Shown here: positions 1-12,500 of the stretch, piece after piece
How the letters are laid out: each line of letters starts with the position of its first letter
Position numbering within the stretch: position 1 is the first letter of the stretch
NCBI RefSeq assembly: GCF_037042905.1
Contig: NC_087245.1
Location: 7,814,001-7,878,000 of the forward strand
Source of the DNA: Lytechinus pictus
Taxonomy: Eukaryota
Direction of reading: 5' to 3'
DNA length: 64,000 bases
Position numbers and translations under genes: made by a program
The notes under the pieces: generated by a model
Told to the model about the DNA's origin: nothing
Seen by the model: the letters and a program-made list of their open reading frames with translations, nothing else
The model's database searches: none

Positions 1-1168
1 GAAACTTGGCCATATGGTAATCAAGTATTACTGAACATCCTGCTTGAGTTTCACGTCACATGACCAAGGTCATTTAGGGTCAATGAACTTAGACCATGTT
101 GGGGGAATCAACATCAAAATCTTCACCTAAGGTTAAGTTTTTGAAATGTCATCATAACTTAGAAAATATATGGACCTAGTTCATGAAACTTGGACATAAG
201 GTTAATCAAGTATCACGAACATCCTGTGCAAGTTTCAGGTCACATGGTTAAGGTCAAAGGTCATTTAAGGTCAATGAACTTTGGCCAAGTTGGGGGTATT
301 TGTTGAATTACCATCATAACTTTAAAAGTTTATTGGTCTAGTTCATAAAACGTGGACATAAGAGTAATCAAGTATCTTTGAACATTTCGTCCGAGTTTCA
401 GGTCACATGACCAAAGTCAAAGGTCATTTAAGGTCATTGAACTTTGGCCATTTTAGAGGTAATTATTAGATTGATGCCATAACTTTCAAAGTTTATAGAT
501 ATAGTGTATAAAATGTGGATGTAGGGGTAATCAAGTTTCACTGACAAGTTTTAGGTCACATGATCAAGATCAAATGTCAATGAACTTTGGCCATGTGGGG
601 GATATCTGTTGAATTACCATCATAACTTTGAAAGTTTATGGATCTGATTCATGAAACTTGGACATAAGAGTAATCAAGTATCACTTAACATCCTGTGCAA
701 ATTTTAGGTCACATGACCAATGTCAAAGGTCAATGAACTTTGGCCATGTGGGGGATATCTGTTGAATTACCATCATAACTTTGAAAGTTTATGGATCTGA
801 TTCATGAAACTTGGACATAAGAGTAATCAAGTATCTTTGAACATTTCGTCCGAGTTTCAGGTCACATGACCAAAGTCAAAGGTCATTTAAGGTCATTGAA
901 CTTTGGCCATTTTAGAGGTAATTATTAGATTGATGCCATAACTTTCAAAGTTTATAGATATAGTGTATAAAATGTGGATGTAGGGGTAATCAAGTTTCAC
1001 TGACAAGTTTTAGGTCACATGATCAAGATCAAATGTCAATGAACGTAGTATTGTATCATTATATGAATGTTTTTTGTGAATAATTATTTCATAGTAGTTT
1101 TCAAAGTCAGCACTGCTGCTATATTGAATCGCGTGATGCAGGTGAGACCGCCAGAGGCATTCCACTTG
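1..1168 (+). mobile_element. Helentron/DINE-1-like non-autonomous element with internal ~160-bp tandem array (family A); 5' end outside the window
   Basis: Repeats of aggtcacatgaccaaggtcaaaggtca; 3' end gatgcaggtgagaccgccagaggcattccacttg followed by a T-run. Confidence 0.75.
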
Positions 1169-1307
1169 TTTTTTTATTAATCCCTAGGAATAGGTATTTG
1201 GCTGCGCCTTTTCTTTTTTTGTACACATATACATGTTGGTATCAATAATGCTCATGGTATTTTCATTTATTTGATACCAGATAAAAGGCCAATTATGATA
1301 AAATGCA

Positions 1308-1388
1308 TTGCTCAAGGACCATGCAGGGAATTGAACCCCAGTCTTCCATGATGTAGTCATGCGCCTCAGACCACTCCGCCGTGGCACC
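1308..1388 (-). mobile_element. tRNA-derived SINE head fragment
   Basis: Reverse strand reads ggcggagtggtc...ggttcaattccc...gtccttgagcaa. Confidence 0.5.
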
Positions 1389-1449
1389 TTGCCTACTCTG
1401 CATAAACTTTCATTTCCTCATTGTAGCATATCCTCTTTTTCTGATACAG

Positions 1450-1565
1450 GAGCAGCAATAGTCTGTTTCAAAGACCCTGAAGTAGCGATGAAAGCCTTCT
1501 ATGTTCTCAAGGATCAGTCATATGATGACAGGCCACTCACAGTCCTCTTCATTCCAGAAATTCAT
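1450..1565 (+). CDS. DGKQ: DGK theta exon ([39 protein letters not shown])
   Basis: tacag acceptor and gtaaga donor; RRM-like segment just before the catalytic domain. Confidence 0.8.
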
Positions 1566-4500
1566 GTAAGACTTGAGCAAAGACTATCAAGACCAGAAAA
1601 CATGTCATGCCTTGTTATATCATTAAAGATTTTTGCAATCAGTTACCTTGCTATTCATTTTGATCCAAAACTTGGATTGTCGATGTATTTATGAGACCTG
1701 CATGTTATAATAATAATAATAATAATAATAGGCATTTATATAGCGCCATCTATCTAGAAATATTCTATTCCGAGGCGCGTTGTTATTATTACCCTGGCTT
1801 TAGCTCGAGCTGCCTTTCAGCGCTCATGCATTCAAGGAATTAATCCTGTTATGCTGCAGTCGGAGGTAGGTCAAAGATCATTTTCAGGTCAACGTTAAAG
1901 TTTCTGTGCAAGACTCTCTTATGACACATAACTCTGCAACCGTAAATCACTTTTCAACCAAACTTAGATGGTAGATGAACTTAGGGGACCTGGATTGCTA
2001 TTGTGTTAGGAGGTCACATGGTATGGCCAAAGTTCATTTTGAGGTCAACATTAAAGTCTACGTGCAAGACTCTTATGACAAGTGTTATTCCATCCCAGTC
2101 ATTTCACAATGAAGTTTCAATACAATTCTGTTGCATGCCCTCGCAAATCACAATATTTCTGGTTATTTCAAAAGTGGGCAAACACAAAATCGCTTTTGCC
2201 TTGTTTTGTTATGTACCCTTTCATAATATTCATTGATGTTTGTCTCAATCCATAGTGAACATGAAAGGGATATAGGATTCTTCATGTTCAGTTGTTCAAG
2301 AAAAATATAATTTGTGAAATAGCACAATGAAAAAGTTGTAAGAGATTCTAGAAAATTTTAGGTTTTGATGAATAGGGAGAGGGGATGGAGGTGTTAATGG
2401 CTGTGAGCAGACTTCTTTTGTCAGTTCATTGACAATTGTTTTAATCAAGCATGAAGCTTTATTATGAGAAAACGTCTGCTCTTAAGTGGTACATGAAATC
2501 TGAAGACTAGTTATTGCCTTATATGATTGATCTGATAATTTTTTTATTACTATTATCTACTGTTTTGCTCTTACTCTGGTTATTGGTTATTGTTTAAAAA
2601 ATGGGAGGAGGGGTTTTGCTCATGTGGGCCCCATTGTGGAATAGCCTTCTTAAAGATTTCCATAATTATATCTATGTTGAGTATCACAAAACCAATTTAT
2701 ATTAAATTATTTATGTGCCTTGATCACTCTGTAGTGTGGATTTGGTGGTTTATTAGTCACATTATTTATTGATCGATGAACAGGCTTAGTCCTACTACAT
2801 CATTGGAGTAAAGTAAGTAAAGTATTATTGTTGTTGTTGTCATCACCGTTATCATTATATCTAGCTTGAAGATTGTTGTGTATCATTATTTTTTCTTTTT
2901 TCCACAGTGTGAGGCGCTAAGTGAGGATGCCATCCCATTACTAGTCTTTGTTAACGTTAAGAGTGGTGGTTGTCAAGGAGCTGAGGTGATGGACTGCTTC
3001 AAGAAGATGCTCAATCCACTCCAGGTCTTTGATCTTGACCAGGGAGGACCTCTCCCAGGGTAGGTCAAAGCAATGGGGGGGCACCCTAGGGGGCAGATCT
3101 ATACAAGTTAACAGAAGACACCTAAATTTATTCCTGAAATTTGATAGACATATGCAGCATGTCCTCAACCCATTATGAATTAATTTCCCCACACCCAATA
3201 AGATTCTCAATTACTGCTTTCTGTCAATGAAGCACTCATATGAACATGAAGAATAAGTGCATTGTTATTTATTGTATTGTACTTAGGTTGCCCTACTTAA
3301 TTACAGTCTAGGAAGAAGATGAAGAAATGTTTGTTTGATCCAGTACCATGAAGTATTGGTTGCATGAAATGTGCTGCAAGGGTACTTAACCCCATGACAA
3401 ATCTGCACTTTAAACCAAACGTAAAACAAATCCCAATCCAAGCATTAATGCAAATCCTCATATTACTATTGTGAATTTAAACATTTTCTCGGCCATAAAT
3501 CACTTGTCTTTGGTTAATCAAGACAGTCAATCTGGAGGAGTGTCCTGTGAGTCACAGTGATTCAATTCGCTTCTCACCTCGGAGGCACAAGTAATGCCAA
3601 ACAAATTTTTTTTATTGAAATGTTTCCGCCTATACATGTTTGTTTGCGATAAGAGGAAGAATTATTAAATGAAAGCCCTTTTCTGATTTAGCCTCCATGT
3701 TTACAGTCATTTGAGGGAGTATCGTATCTTAATCTGTGGTGGTGATGGTACAGTTGGTTGGGTACTTCAATGTCTAGATGATATCGGTCAAGAATCAGTC
3801 TGTAGCTCACCAGCTATCGCAATACTGCCATTAGGAACAGGTCAGTATCTTATTTACTTGTAGGGAACCCTTTCCTACTAGCTTATGTTTCTTCTAACCT
3901 CTGTAACCTTGTTTACTCAATAGGAAGTTTAGTTGTATCGCACATTTGAATATTTTTAAATGGTTGAATCAATGAATTGAATGAAATGTATTCTTGATAA
4001 TTGCTTCATGTAAACGTATTAAGTGATATTCTGATAATCAAAGCCAAGTTCTGACCAACAGGAATTTTAGACCACACTTCTATAGACTCCTTGATATCAT
4101 CTTCATGATGATTTCCCATATAATTCTGTGAGATTCATATTATACTCATACTATCTCTCTCTCTCTTCTCAGTCCATAATAACATTTTTTTGACAAACTT
4201 TCACCAATGGTTTGAAATAATTTTTCATTGGTGAATGGATTTTCCATTGATATTCAATGAAAGTGTAGTAAAAGATAATCTTGGTTTAAATTTGCTATGG
4301 GAATACGGTACCACCCATTAGATTTCAAATATTACATATTATGATCTTCTTTTTAAACAAATTTTGTGGAATATTGAATGGAATTGTCTCTTAAATGTCA
4401 TAAAAAATGAAAATATCATCAGAATTCAAACTTGTTATAATTGTCACCCTCTCCCTTTCTGGGTGAACAAGGATTTTATTATTACATGCACATAAACATC

Positions 4501-7500
4501 CACTTTTTTCAAATCTGTAAGTTTGAATATAGTTTCCAAGTTACTTTATTTTAAAATTATCTGATCAAGTCTAATACAATCTTACAATATATATTAATTG
4601 GTCTCTGCTTTCTTTATGATTGATATAATTGTATGTTGGTTGTGCACTTCTTACATATACCTGTTTCTGACATGTGTGTTTATCAAAGATGCAATAAAAT
4701 GTAATTAATGAATGATAAATGAGAACAACAATGTATGATTTCTATAACAATATAGGTAATGATCTAGCGAGAGTGCTGAAGTGGGGTGGTGGTTACCAGC
4801 AAGGAGAAGACCTGTTTGCTATGCTCAACTGTGTGTTAGAGGCTGAAGAAGTCAAACTAGACAGGTAAAAACATTTCACTTTCCATAATACAATACTGTT
4901 TTTTGTAACAACAGTAACTGATAAATGGGCAAATAAATGTTAGCCATATGGTGACCTTGTTTAAACCGAATGTAACGTATGGGATTATTTCAGACCAGGG
5001 GGGGGGGGGGTGTTTCACAGATTCGTACATAAAGCCCAAGCGTACATGATACACAACATTCAATCTTATTGCTCAATAGACAGTAGTGCGTCCTCTTGGC
5101 ATGATCTGACCAATGTGGTGATGTCTATTATACCGCACGCAACTATACATTTAAGTGCGACTCTAAGTTATACTTAAAATCTTTGTGAAACATCCCCAGG
5201 AATGACCCCCCCCCATTGACTATGATTGAACAAATTGTCCTATGATTAATGTATTCCTCACAATCTGAAACAGTGTTAACTGACATTGAGATGATAATAA
5301 TGAGTGATAATATTTATATAGCATAGCTGGGATTATTATACAATGATGCTTGAGGATCTGGCTAAAACCATTCACATCGAAGGAAAATCACTAATACCCT
5401 TCTATTGTTGCTCTTGAGTGTAAATAGTTATAGCTTATTTCGAGAATAAGTCATATTTGTTTTATTTCCCTTCCGCCTGCATCATTCTTCATCACATCGT
5501 ATTAGAAATAATGGATAAAAAAGTTCATCACAAATTGAGAATTTTCATCTAACTTTTTGGCTCTCTAGCTTGACAGGCAGAGCCCAGTTAGGGGCAACGG
5601 TGAGATGCGGACAATATGACTTTGAGCGCAGTGCACGTATGGGGGGGGGGGCTGGGGGTCAGATAAGCAAATAATTCTCTTCTTTCGTGGGTAAAGTATA
5701 TACTATGCGTGACATGAGCAAGGAAAATGAAATATTTACTGGAAACGTTTTTCCTAGTAATACTATTCGATTTCTTATCTTGTTAACTATATACCTATTC
5801 TTATAGATGGACAGTAATCTTTGAGCCAAGTGAACAAGGTCCAGGAGGCAAATACATTGATGCAGACAACAAATCCAACTCATCCAACAGCAGCTCTAGC
5901 AATGATGAAATGCCCAATATGTTTGTCATGAATAACTACTTTAGTTTGGGCATTGATGCCGATTTGTGCCTAGGATTTCATCTGGCCAGAGAAGAAAAGC
6001 CAGAGAAGTTTAATAGCAGGTTAGTTGGTGTGATAGTGATAATGCTGGCGGTGGTGGTAGTGATGATTGTGTTGTATTGTATATGCATTACGTCAAACCC
6101 CCGTTTGGAGAAAGACCGCAGTTCAGATTGCAAACTGCGGTGTTATACCCCATTTTCCATTTGGATCTCCCAAAAATCATTTCCAAGCCCTTATCAACCG
6201 CGCTTGGCCAGGTAATCCGGGGGTAATCCCCGCTGTCTCAATTTCACCTCCACAGGCCAGTATATGAGCGTTGAGCAAAGGACGAAAAGATAAACAACAG
6301 CTGTGCTATTACGTAAGACTTCTCTGCCTGTAGTAGGACCTTCGAAATGAAATTATTGTATTCGATATTTAATCACGTTTTCAAAGGCATATTGTATTCA
6401 GTAATCCAACGTTAGTCCATTTTCAATTACGAACGAAGAAAATCGACCTCGAAATAAGGAAAGTAAGCGAATAAAAATGACGCCATGTTTTGCAGGGACC
6501 GAGCTCAGCGCTGCGCATGCATCCCATCGTGTGTGGCCCCCTGCTGTGACTGTATATGCCGGGCTGTTGTGTTATCTTCGGACCGACGTCAAGAAACAGG
6601 TGTTTTGATACTTAAATTGCTTGCTTGGGGCAGTTAGGGTTTGTCGTACTTGGAGAAGAGAATTGATGAGAAGGGAAACTGTGGTATAGTGTTCTCAAAT
6701 GGAAGTTTTTCGTCATGTATATTCCATGCATAACAAACACATAAAAATACAAACAAAAGTTAAATCAGTTATAATCACAGCATTAAATACACAATGAATA
6801 CATTATGAATTGCTGAATTGCCCACTCAGAGTGGTAATTATTAACATGATGGTGGTGATGATGGTGGTGGTTGTAGTGGTGGTGGTGATCGTGATGGTGG
6901 TGGTGATAATGATGATGATGATGGTGGTGATGATAATCGTGGTGGTGATGATGGTGGTGGCAGTGGTGATGCTGGTGATGATGATGATGGTGGTGGTGGG
7001 GGTAATGGCGATACTAGTTTGTATGAATAGTTTTAGTAAAGATGAGAATAAGTACAGGTAATATTTTTTATTTAGATGCTAAGGAATGTGAACCATTGTC
7101 TGCCTGTTATTTTCTTTTAGATTGCACAACAAGAGTGTGTACTTCAGACTTGGTATGCAGAAGCTAGGTAGGAGGACCTCTTGCAAAGAGCTCAACAAAG
7201 AGATAAAGATTGAGGTCGATGGTAAACCTGTTTCCTTACCAACACTAGAGGGCATACTCATCTTGAATATATCAAGGTATATTAGTATAACGCGTAAAGC
7301 ATGTTATAAAGCTCATAAAATTACAAGAATTGTTTATAATTATTATCAACACCAATCTATATATTTGAGCAGTGTATGTTCCAAATATCATTTATTTGTC
7401 AGTTAAGGATCTCTTAAGTAATATGTTTCCATTTCCTTTTTTTTTCTTTGACATGTCGTGAGCATCTCTACATGATGGATGCCGGCACGTTAAAAATGTT

Positions 7501-9566
7501 CATATTATTTTTATTATCATAAACTAAAGGATGTAAAATAAGCTATAGAATATAGAGTTTTTGCTCAATTACATGAAGGTTTCATTTCAATAAGGTGCAA
7601 TTCAATTATTTATGAAAATTCATTGAAAATTACACTTGTCTGACATGTGTAGGTCTATTGTAAGTGTGCTAGGGAATTTATTTCATAATTCATAAAGCTG
7701 AATCATTCTTATTTGTAAAATAATGTTGATTTCAGATCAATAAGCTATTTGTGATGTATTTTTTACTGAAATTAAAATGAGATGATGTCTCTTTCAGCTG
7801 GGGATCAGGTGCAGATGCCTGGGGAATAGATGGACAGGACAACTCATTTAGTAAGTGTCGTCATGACGATGGTATGCTAGAGCTGGTAGGACTAACAGGT
7901 GTGGTCCATTTGGGTCAGATCCAGAGTGGTCTTCGGTCAGGGGTTCGTCTTGCTCAAGGAGCACAGGTAACTGGAGTCAAAATTACTGCTCATAGAAATA
8001 GAAAAGAAGAGTTGGCATTTCACATGTTGTTAATTGGGGGGGGGGGGGGGGGGAATCCAACCCATATTGAAACATATTTTATAAGAAAAAAGAGAAATAT
8101 AGAGTTTAGCTGATTCGTAAATTATTGAACGTAATCAAACTAACAGTAAGAACATGATGTATTTTTTCGTAGTTGTAAAATTTGTATTTTTTATCATTAG
8201 GAATTTAAACTTGGCTACGTAGGTAACGTTATTGTATTAAAAGGTAATTGAAAGGTAAGAGGAACTTCTCAACACAAAAAATTTGATCTGAGTTAAAGTC
8301 AGATCTGAAGATGAACATTAATTTCAAGGTCACAATTTTAAGCCAGTGTGTATACAGATAAGGCTTGTATATCATTCACTTTATTTCCAAGTCAACCCAA
8401 GCTAAGCCAATGTTTACTCCATTTGGACAAACAGAATTGAAGTTTATTATCTTTATTCAAAACCAGAAGATATTGATTCTATGAGATATCTTGAATTATA
8501 ATGATTTCCAATTGATTACTCAGATTCGGATCACTATGAACACTGACATGCCAGTACAGGTAGATGGAGAACCATGGATGCAGCTTGCTGGTCAAGTAGT
8601 GGTATGTCGGTCAGCCTTACAGGTAAAATATTGTCAGCATTAACATCTGTAGATGTCTCTTTTCTCTCAAGGGAGTTAATGTTTTGAAAAATCAATTATG
8701 AAAAGTTGATTCTTACAGTCATTGCCTTATACAAAGGACATTACATTTACCTCTGTCATTTTGCAGTAAATGTATTTTACTTAAAGGTCAAGTTCACCCC
8801 AGCAAAATGTTGATATGAATAAAAAGAGAAAAATTATACTAGCATAACACTGAAAATTTCACCAAAATCGGATGTAAAATAAGAAAGTTAGGGCATTTTA
8901 AAGTTTCGCTTATTTTTCACAAAACAGTGATATGCACAACTCAGTGACATGCAAATGAGTCAGTCGATGATGTCCATCACTCACTATTTCATTTGTTTTT
9001 TATTGTCTGAATTATACAATATTTAATTTTTCCAGATTTGACCGTAGGGACCGACTTGACTTAAACATATAGTATTAAACAATGCTAATTCCACATGTAT
9101 AGGGAGGAATTAATCACTGTTTCACTTGACAATGAGGAGAAAATTACAATATTTCATATTTCATATAATAAAATACAAAAGAAATAGTGAGTGGACGACG
9201 TCATCAGTCTCCTCATTTGCATACTGACCTGCTGGATCCAAAGACAATTAATTGTAGAGTTCATCCTATGCCTACATTTACTTCTCAACTAACTAAATGT
9301 TTTTTTGTACCTCAAAATCAGTTGTGTTTATACAAAGTGTATGGTTGTTCATTTCACTTGTATATTTTTCACCTATATTCATGAATATTTCTTTCACTCT
9401 TCTTTTTCAGGCTACCATGCTAAAGAAATCAAAATCAAAGATCAAACGTCGGAACACTGAACCGGCACTCCCAAACAGTCAGGAAGGTGGCGCTGCTGGC
9501 CAGAAACGAGATCAGCAGGGTCGTCTGACAGCAATGAAGAGTGACGAGACGACGAACCAAGTTTGA
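1450..9566 (+). CDS. DGKQ: Diacylglycerol kinase theta-like, 3' part (catalytic and accessory domains); upstream exons lie outside the window
   Basis: Nine GT-AG exons with consistent phases: 1450-1565, 2908-3059, 3692-3840, 4756-4864, 5807-6019, 7121-7276, 7798-7966, 8524-8622, 9411-9566. Motifs: [76 protein letters not shown]. Theta assignment rests on VNxKSGGCQG, GGPLPGL, IDADLCL and [17 protein letters not shown]. Confidence 0.9.
1709..1848 (-). mobile_element. SINE/LINE (L2-like) 3' tail
   Basis: Reverse strand ends gcgctatataaatgcc(tat)n. Confidence 0.55.
2908..3059 (+). CDS. DGKQ: DGK theta exon ([24 protein letters not shown]...GGPLPG)
   Basis: Pyrimidine tract plus cag; gtaggt donor; start of catalytic domain. 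Confidence 0.92.
3692..3840 (+). CDS. DGKQ: DGK theta exon ([25 protein letters not shown]...LPLGT)
   Basis: GGDG ATP-binding motif; ttag/gtcagt boundaries; not in the ORF track. Confidence 0.92.
4756..4864 (+). CDS. DGKQ: DGK theta exon ([13 protein letters not shown]...VKLDR)
   Basis: Conserved motif; tag/gtaaaa boundaries. Confidence 0.92.
4996..5199. mobile_element. Short palindromic CWG-flanked MITE (Harbinger-like)
   Basis: cagggg..gtgtttcacaga / tctttgtgaaacatccccag; relative at 60331-60512. Confidence 0.55.
5807..6019 (+). CDS. DGKQ: DGK theta exon (WTVIFEP...[31 protein letters not shown])
   Basis: Start of accessory domain; tag/gttagt boundaries. Confidence 0.92.
6086..6717 (+). 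mobile_element. 632-bp unclassified non-autonomous element, copy 1
   Basis: Near-identical to 58689-59320; imperfect terminal IR CATTACG.../...CGTCATG. Confidence 0.8.
6845..7010. repeat. (GGT/GAT)n degenerate trinucleotide repeat
   Basis: Direct reading; a similar tract is at 63915-64000. Confidence 0.9.
7121..7276 (+). CDS. DGKQ: DGK theta exon ([11 protein letters not shown]...[10 protein letters not shown])
   Basis: ttttag/gtatat boundaries; conserved accessory domain. Confidence 0.92.
7798..7966 (+). CDS. DGKQ: DGK theta exon (WGSGADAWG...[10 protein letters not shown]...RLAQGAQ)
   Basis: tttcag/gtaact boundaries; DDG motif. Confidence 0.92.
8524..8622 (+). CDS. DGKQ: DGK theta exon ([20 protein letters not shown]...SALQ)
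   Basis: PVQVDGEPW motif; cag/gtaaaa boundaries. Confidence 0.92.
8785..9230. mobile_element. Truncated Kolobok-like MITE
   Basis: ttaa|aggtcaagttcacccc head; related fragment near 31556-31730. Confidence 0.5.
9411..9566 (+). CDS. DGKQ: DGK theta last coding exon ([18 protein letters not shown]...TTNQV*)
   Basis: Pyrimidine tract plus cag; ATMLKK follows the accessory domain; TGA stop at 9564-9566. Confidence 0.88.
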   Translation, partial: ATMLKKSKSKIKRRNTEPALPNSQEGGAAGQKRDQQGRLTAMKSDETTNQV

Positions 9567-12500
9567 GCAGCTCCATATTTTAGATCCCTTTTATTTTATT
9601 CCCTTTTCCTCAGATTATGGTAGAATCCATTCCTCGCTATAATATGCTTGCATCATTGTTGAAAGTAGTGTTGATTACCAACATAAAGAATTCCAAGTTG
9701 GATTAAGTCTGAATTATATTGGGAGACTAGATGAGTTAGGCATAGATGGTGAGGAGTTGTGTCACCTCAGACATCTTTCTTTCCTTGTAGTCATAATAAG
9801 ATGTTTATTTCTCCTGTTAGACAAAAGTACTGTAAGATAAAGTATAAATCATTCTGCCTATGTAGACAGTAGTAAGTTTTTTTTAATGAAGCCTTTATGT
9901 GAGCTCTTGATGAGCCATGATGATGTCACAATTATTCTCATAATATTGAATGGTGGTTACCATGAAGACACAAAGATGCAATCTTCTAACATCATTTGGA
10001 GATGGAGTGAATAAATTTGATGAGGCTTGAATGAAGAAGTTTGAATGAATGCCCAGGAAGCTAACTGAGATCTTCTGCCACCAAGAAATTGGTATAATTG
10101 CGGTTTTGTAGACTGCTATGAGTTTGTGATTATGATAATCAAAGTTTCCTGTGGTTCTAATCGGAGAACAGAGAAAGACTGTCTTTCACATTTGACATTG
10201 CATTATGGTTACGAAGGAGATTCTTTGTTCTCTCCACATTGAATGATTGACCTTGGTGACACCTATCTCGTCATTGTCTAGACTGTCTTTCTTTAATGAA
10301 GCTGTTTTCAGAGCCAATGACTCGGGTGTGATTTAGGTATGACCTAAAGAGATATTAGACCATGATGGGGTATTGAACACTGTCCCTATACAACCTTTGA
10401 TGTAGAGTTTAGTAGAAGGTATGAAAAAGGTTCCTCCATTCATAATATCCTCACTTTGATTGATATGAACAATGTAGACATAGTAGTCCCTATGGTAGAA
10501 TTGCTTAGAGTCACAAGCTGATCTTCTGGGTTCGTTTGTCTTGGATATTTGCACCATAATGCGTAGCTTTAAGTCATTCATTATTGCTTTTCTATAAATT
10601 TACGATTCTTATAAGTGACAAGAGTGAGAGAAGAAGTATGACTTGTGTATAAAAGAGAATTAAATGAGACGTGTGAGCTTTTATTCTAATGCGATGACAA
10701 ATAATTGATACATTTTTCATATATATGCCACTGTTGTGCAGTGTGCAAATGAAATGACTTACAAACAATACTGCAACTTGTATATTTTTAAGAATTTGAG
10801 AATGATAATGAGTAATTCATGCAGAAAGGATATTCTGTTTGGAGTAGCGGTGTAATTCTCTCATCATTACTGTGTATTGACTCGTTTCTTTCTCTATTAA
10901 CATATGCCTACTTTGTGTTGTATATATCCCTATGGGGATAGCTTAACAAACCATGTGATCGAGTTCTGGCAAATGATGAGAATATTTGACAGTTTTGATA
11001 TGACTATGATGATGTGCAATACTAGTGTGATGTGTGTATCTTAGAATGCTCTGCACAGCACAATATATATGTCCTGCCCAACTCAAAATGAAAAGATAAG
11101 GAAATGATTCAAGTTTTAATTAAAGAAGAGAATCAACTCTTTATTGTTTAGTGATTTAAAAGAGTTTATTACAACTTCTTAATGAGCTGAGTTAAGGGTT
11201 ATATTAAGATGAGACATCATTCAATAGCATTTACACATCTGAGAGTATATCGGACAGAGGGATGATAAAAAAGGTTATCTTGGTTGAGTTTTAAACTTGG
11301 ATCATTTCCCAGAAATCTTTCATTTCTATACTTGACTTTATGATCAAACTAATGTAATAGAAACAATCATTTAAAGATTGTCACTGAGAGAGAAATGAAG
11401 ACATTTTGTGTGTGCTTACTGTCAGTTTGAATACAAAATTGACAAAAAAAATATTACCATTTCTTTCTGTACAATGTCACTGTCTTACATATTTATGTAT
11501 TCATGTTTAACACACTGATGCAATTACACTAAAATTTGTATAGATTAGATGCCAGAGATTTTTTAATATTCATATAACTCCTGTAAAATAAAAATTAAAA
11601 AATTTGGAGCGCAATCTCATTATGCTAAAGTGTTTGGTCGATAAAAGAGCATGTCAGAACAGCTATTATTTTTGCCTTGCAAATCATTCTTTGTTATTTG
11701 AAAGGAGTAAGAGCAAGGCAGTTTGTGTTTATCGTGTGTTCTCTTTGTCTGAGTTAGTTCAATATAGGAGAGAAACAGCTTATATTTTGTTCTTGAAATT
11801 CAAACGAATGTCATAAACACTGTGTGGCTGCAAATTGTATATAATTGAATGCAAACTGCATTTCTATTTAAAAAACAGGGTCTTTACATTAAAAAAGAGA
11901 GATACTAGCTGAATATTATTGAGTGAATAAAAGATGTGCAGAATAACATGAAAAGGGATTCTCGAGTTACTTTACTAGCTGATCAACATTATATAGATAC
12001 TAGCACTATGTCACTTTGTGATTCAAGATTTTGAAGATTCATATTTCCTTGGTGAAGGAATATATAATGAATTATTTGTTTGTAAATATCCAAATTGCAA
12101 TGTTTACTTGAACTTAAAAGAGTATAGGACGCTGACTAGCCTGTTGTCTAAAATCTCACCAAAACTCAATATTCTTGTTTCCAGATCTACCACAGTGTTG
12201 ATTTGAATATAGCTGCCTTCTCTTATCTCACACAATCTAGTATAAGGAATTTCTGTTTGGGGGTTTCTTTAATTGGATTGGAATGATAAAAAAGATGTTT
12301 GTCTTTTGATTTTGGGTAAGTGATTAATCAGCCAGAAACCACTCAATATTATTCAATCTATCACCAATCATTGATATCTTGAGTAGCTACAATGAATTAA
12401 AACAGATATCTGCAATTAATATTAAAAAAAAAAAATTTAAAAATGACAAAAAAATTGGCTTTACAGTTTTCCCTGTCATATTAACCTCCTTGATAACAGG

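Noticed and set aside
6067..6267. Repeated ~66-69-aa ORF (also 58661-58870) as a duplicated gene
   Set aside because: Both lie in the 632-bp mobile element and start in unrelated flanking sequence.
6810..7061. Val/Met-rich transmembrane-looking ORF
   Set aside because: Translation of a (GGT/GAT)n microsatellite inside a DGK intron.
9552..9566. C-terminal PDZ-binding motif in DGK (TTNQV)
   Set aside because: Position -2 is Asn, which does not fit class I or II consensus.
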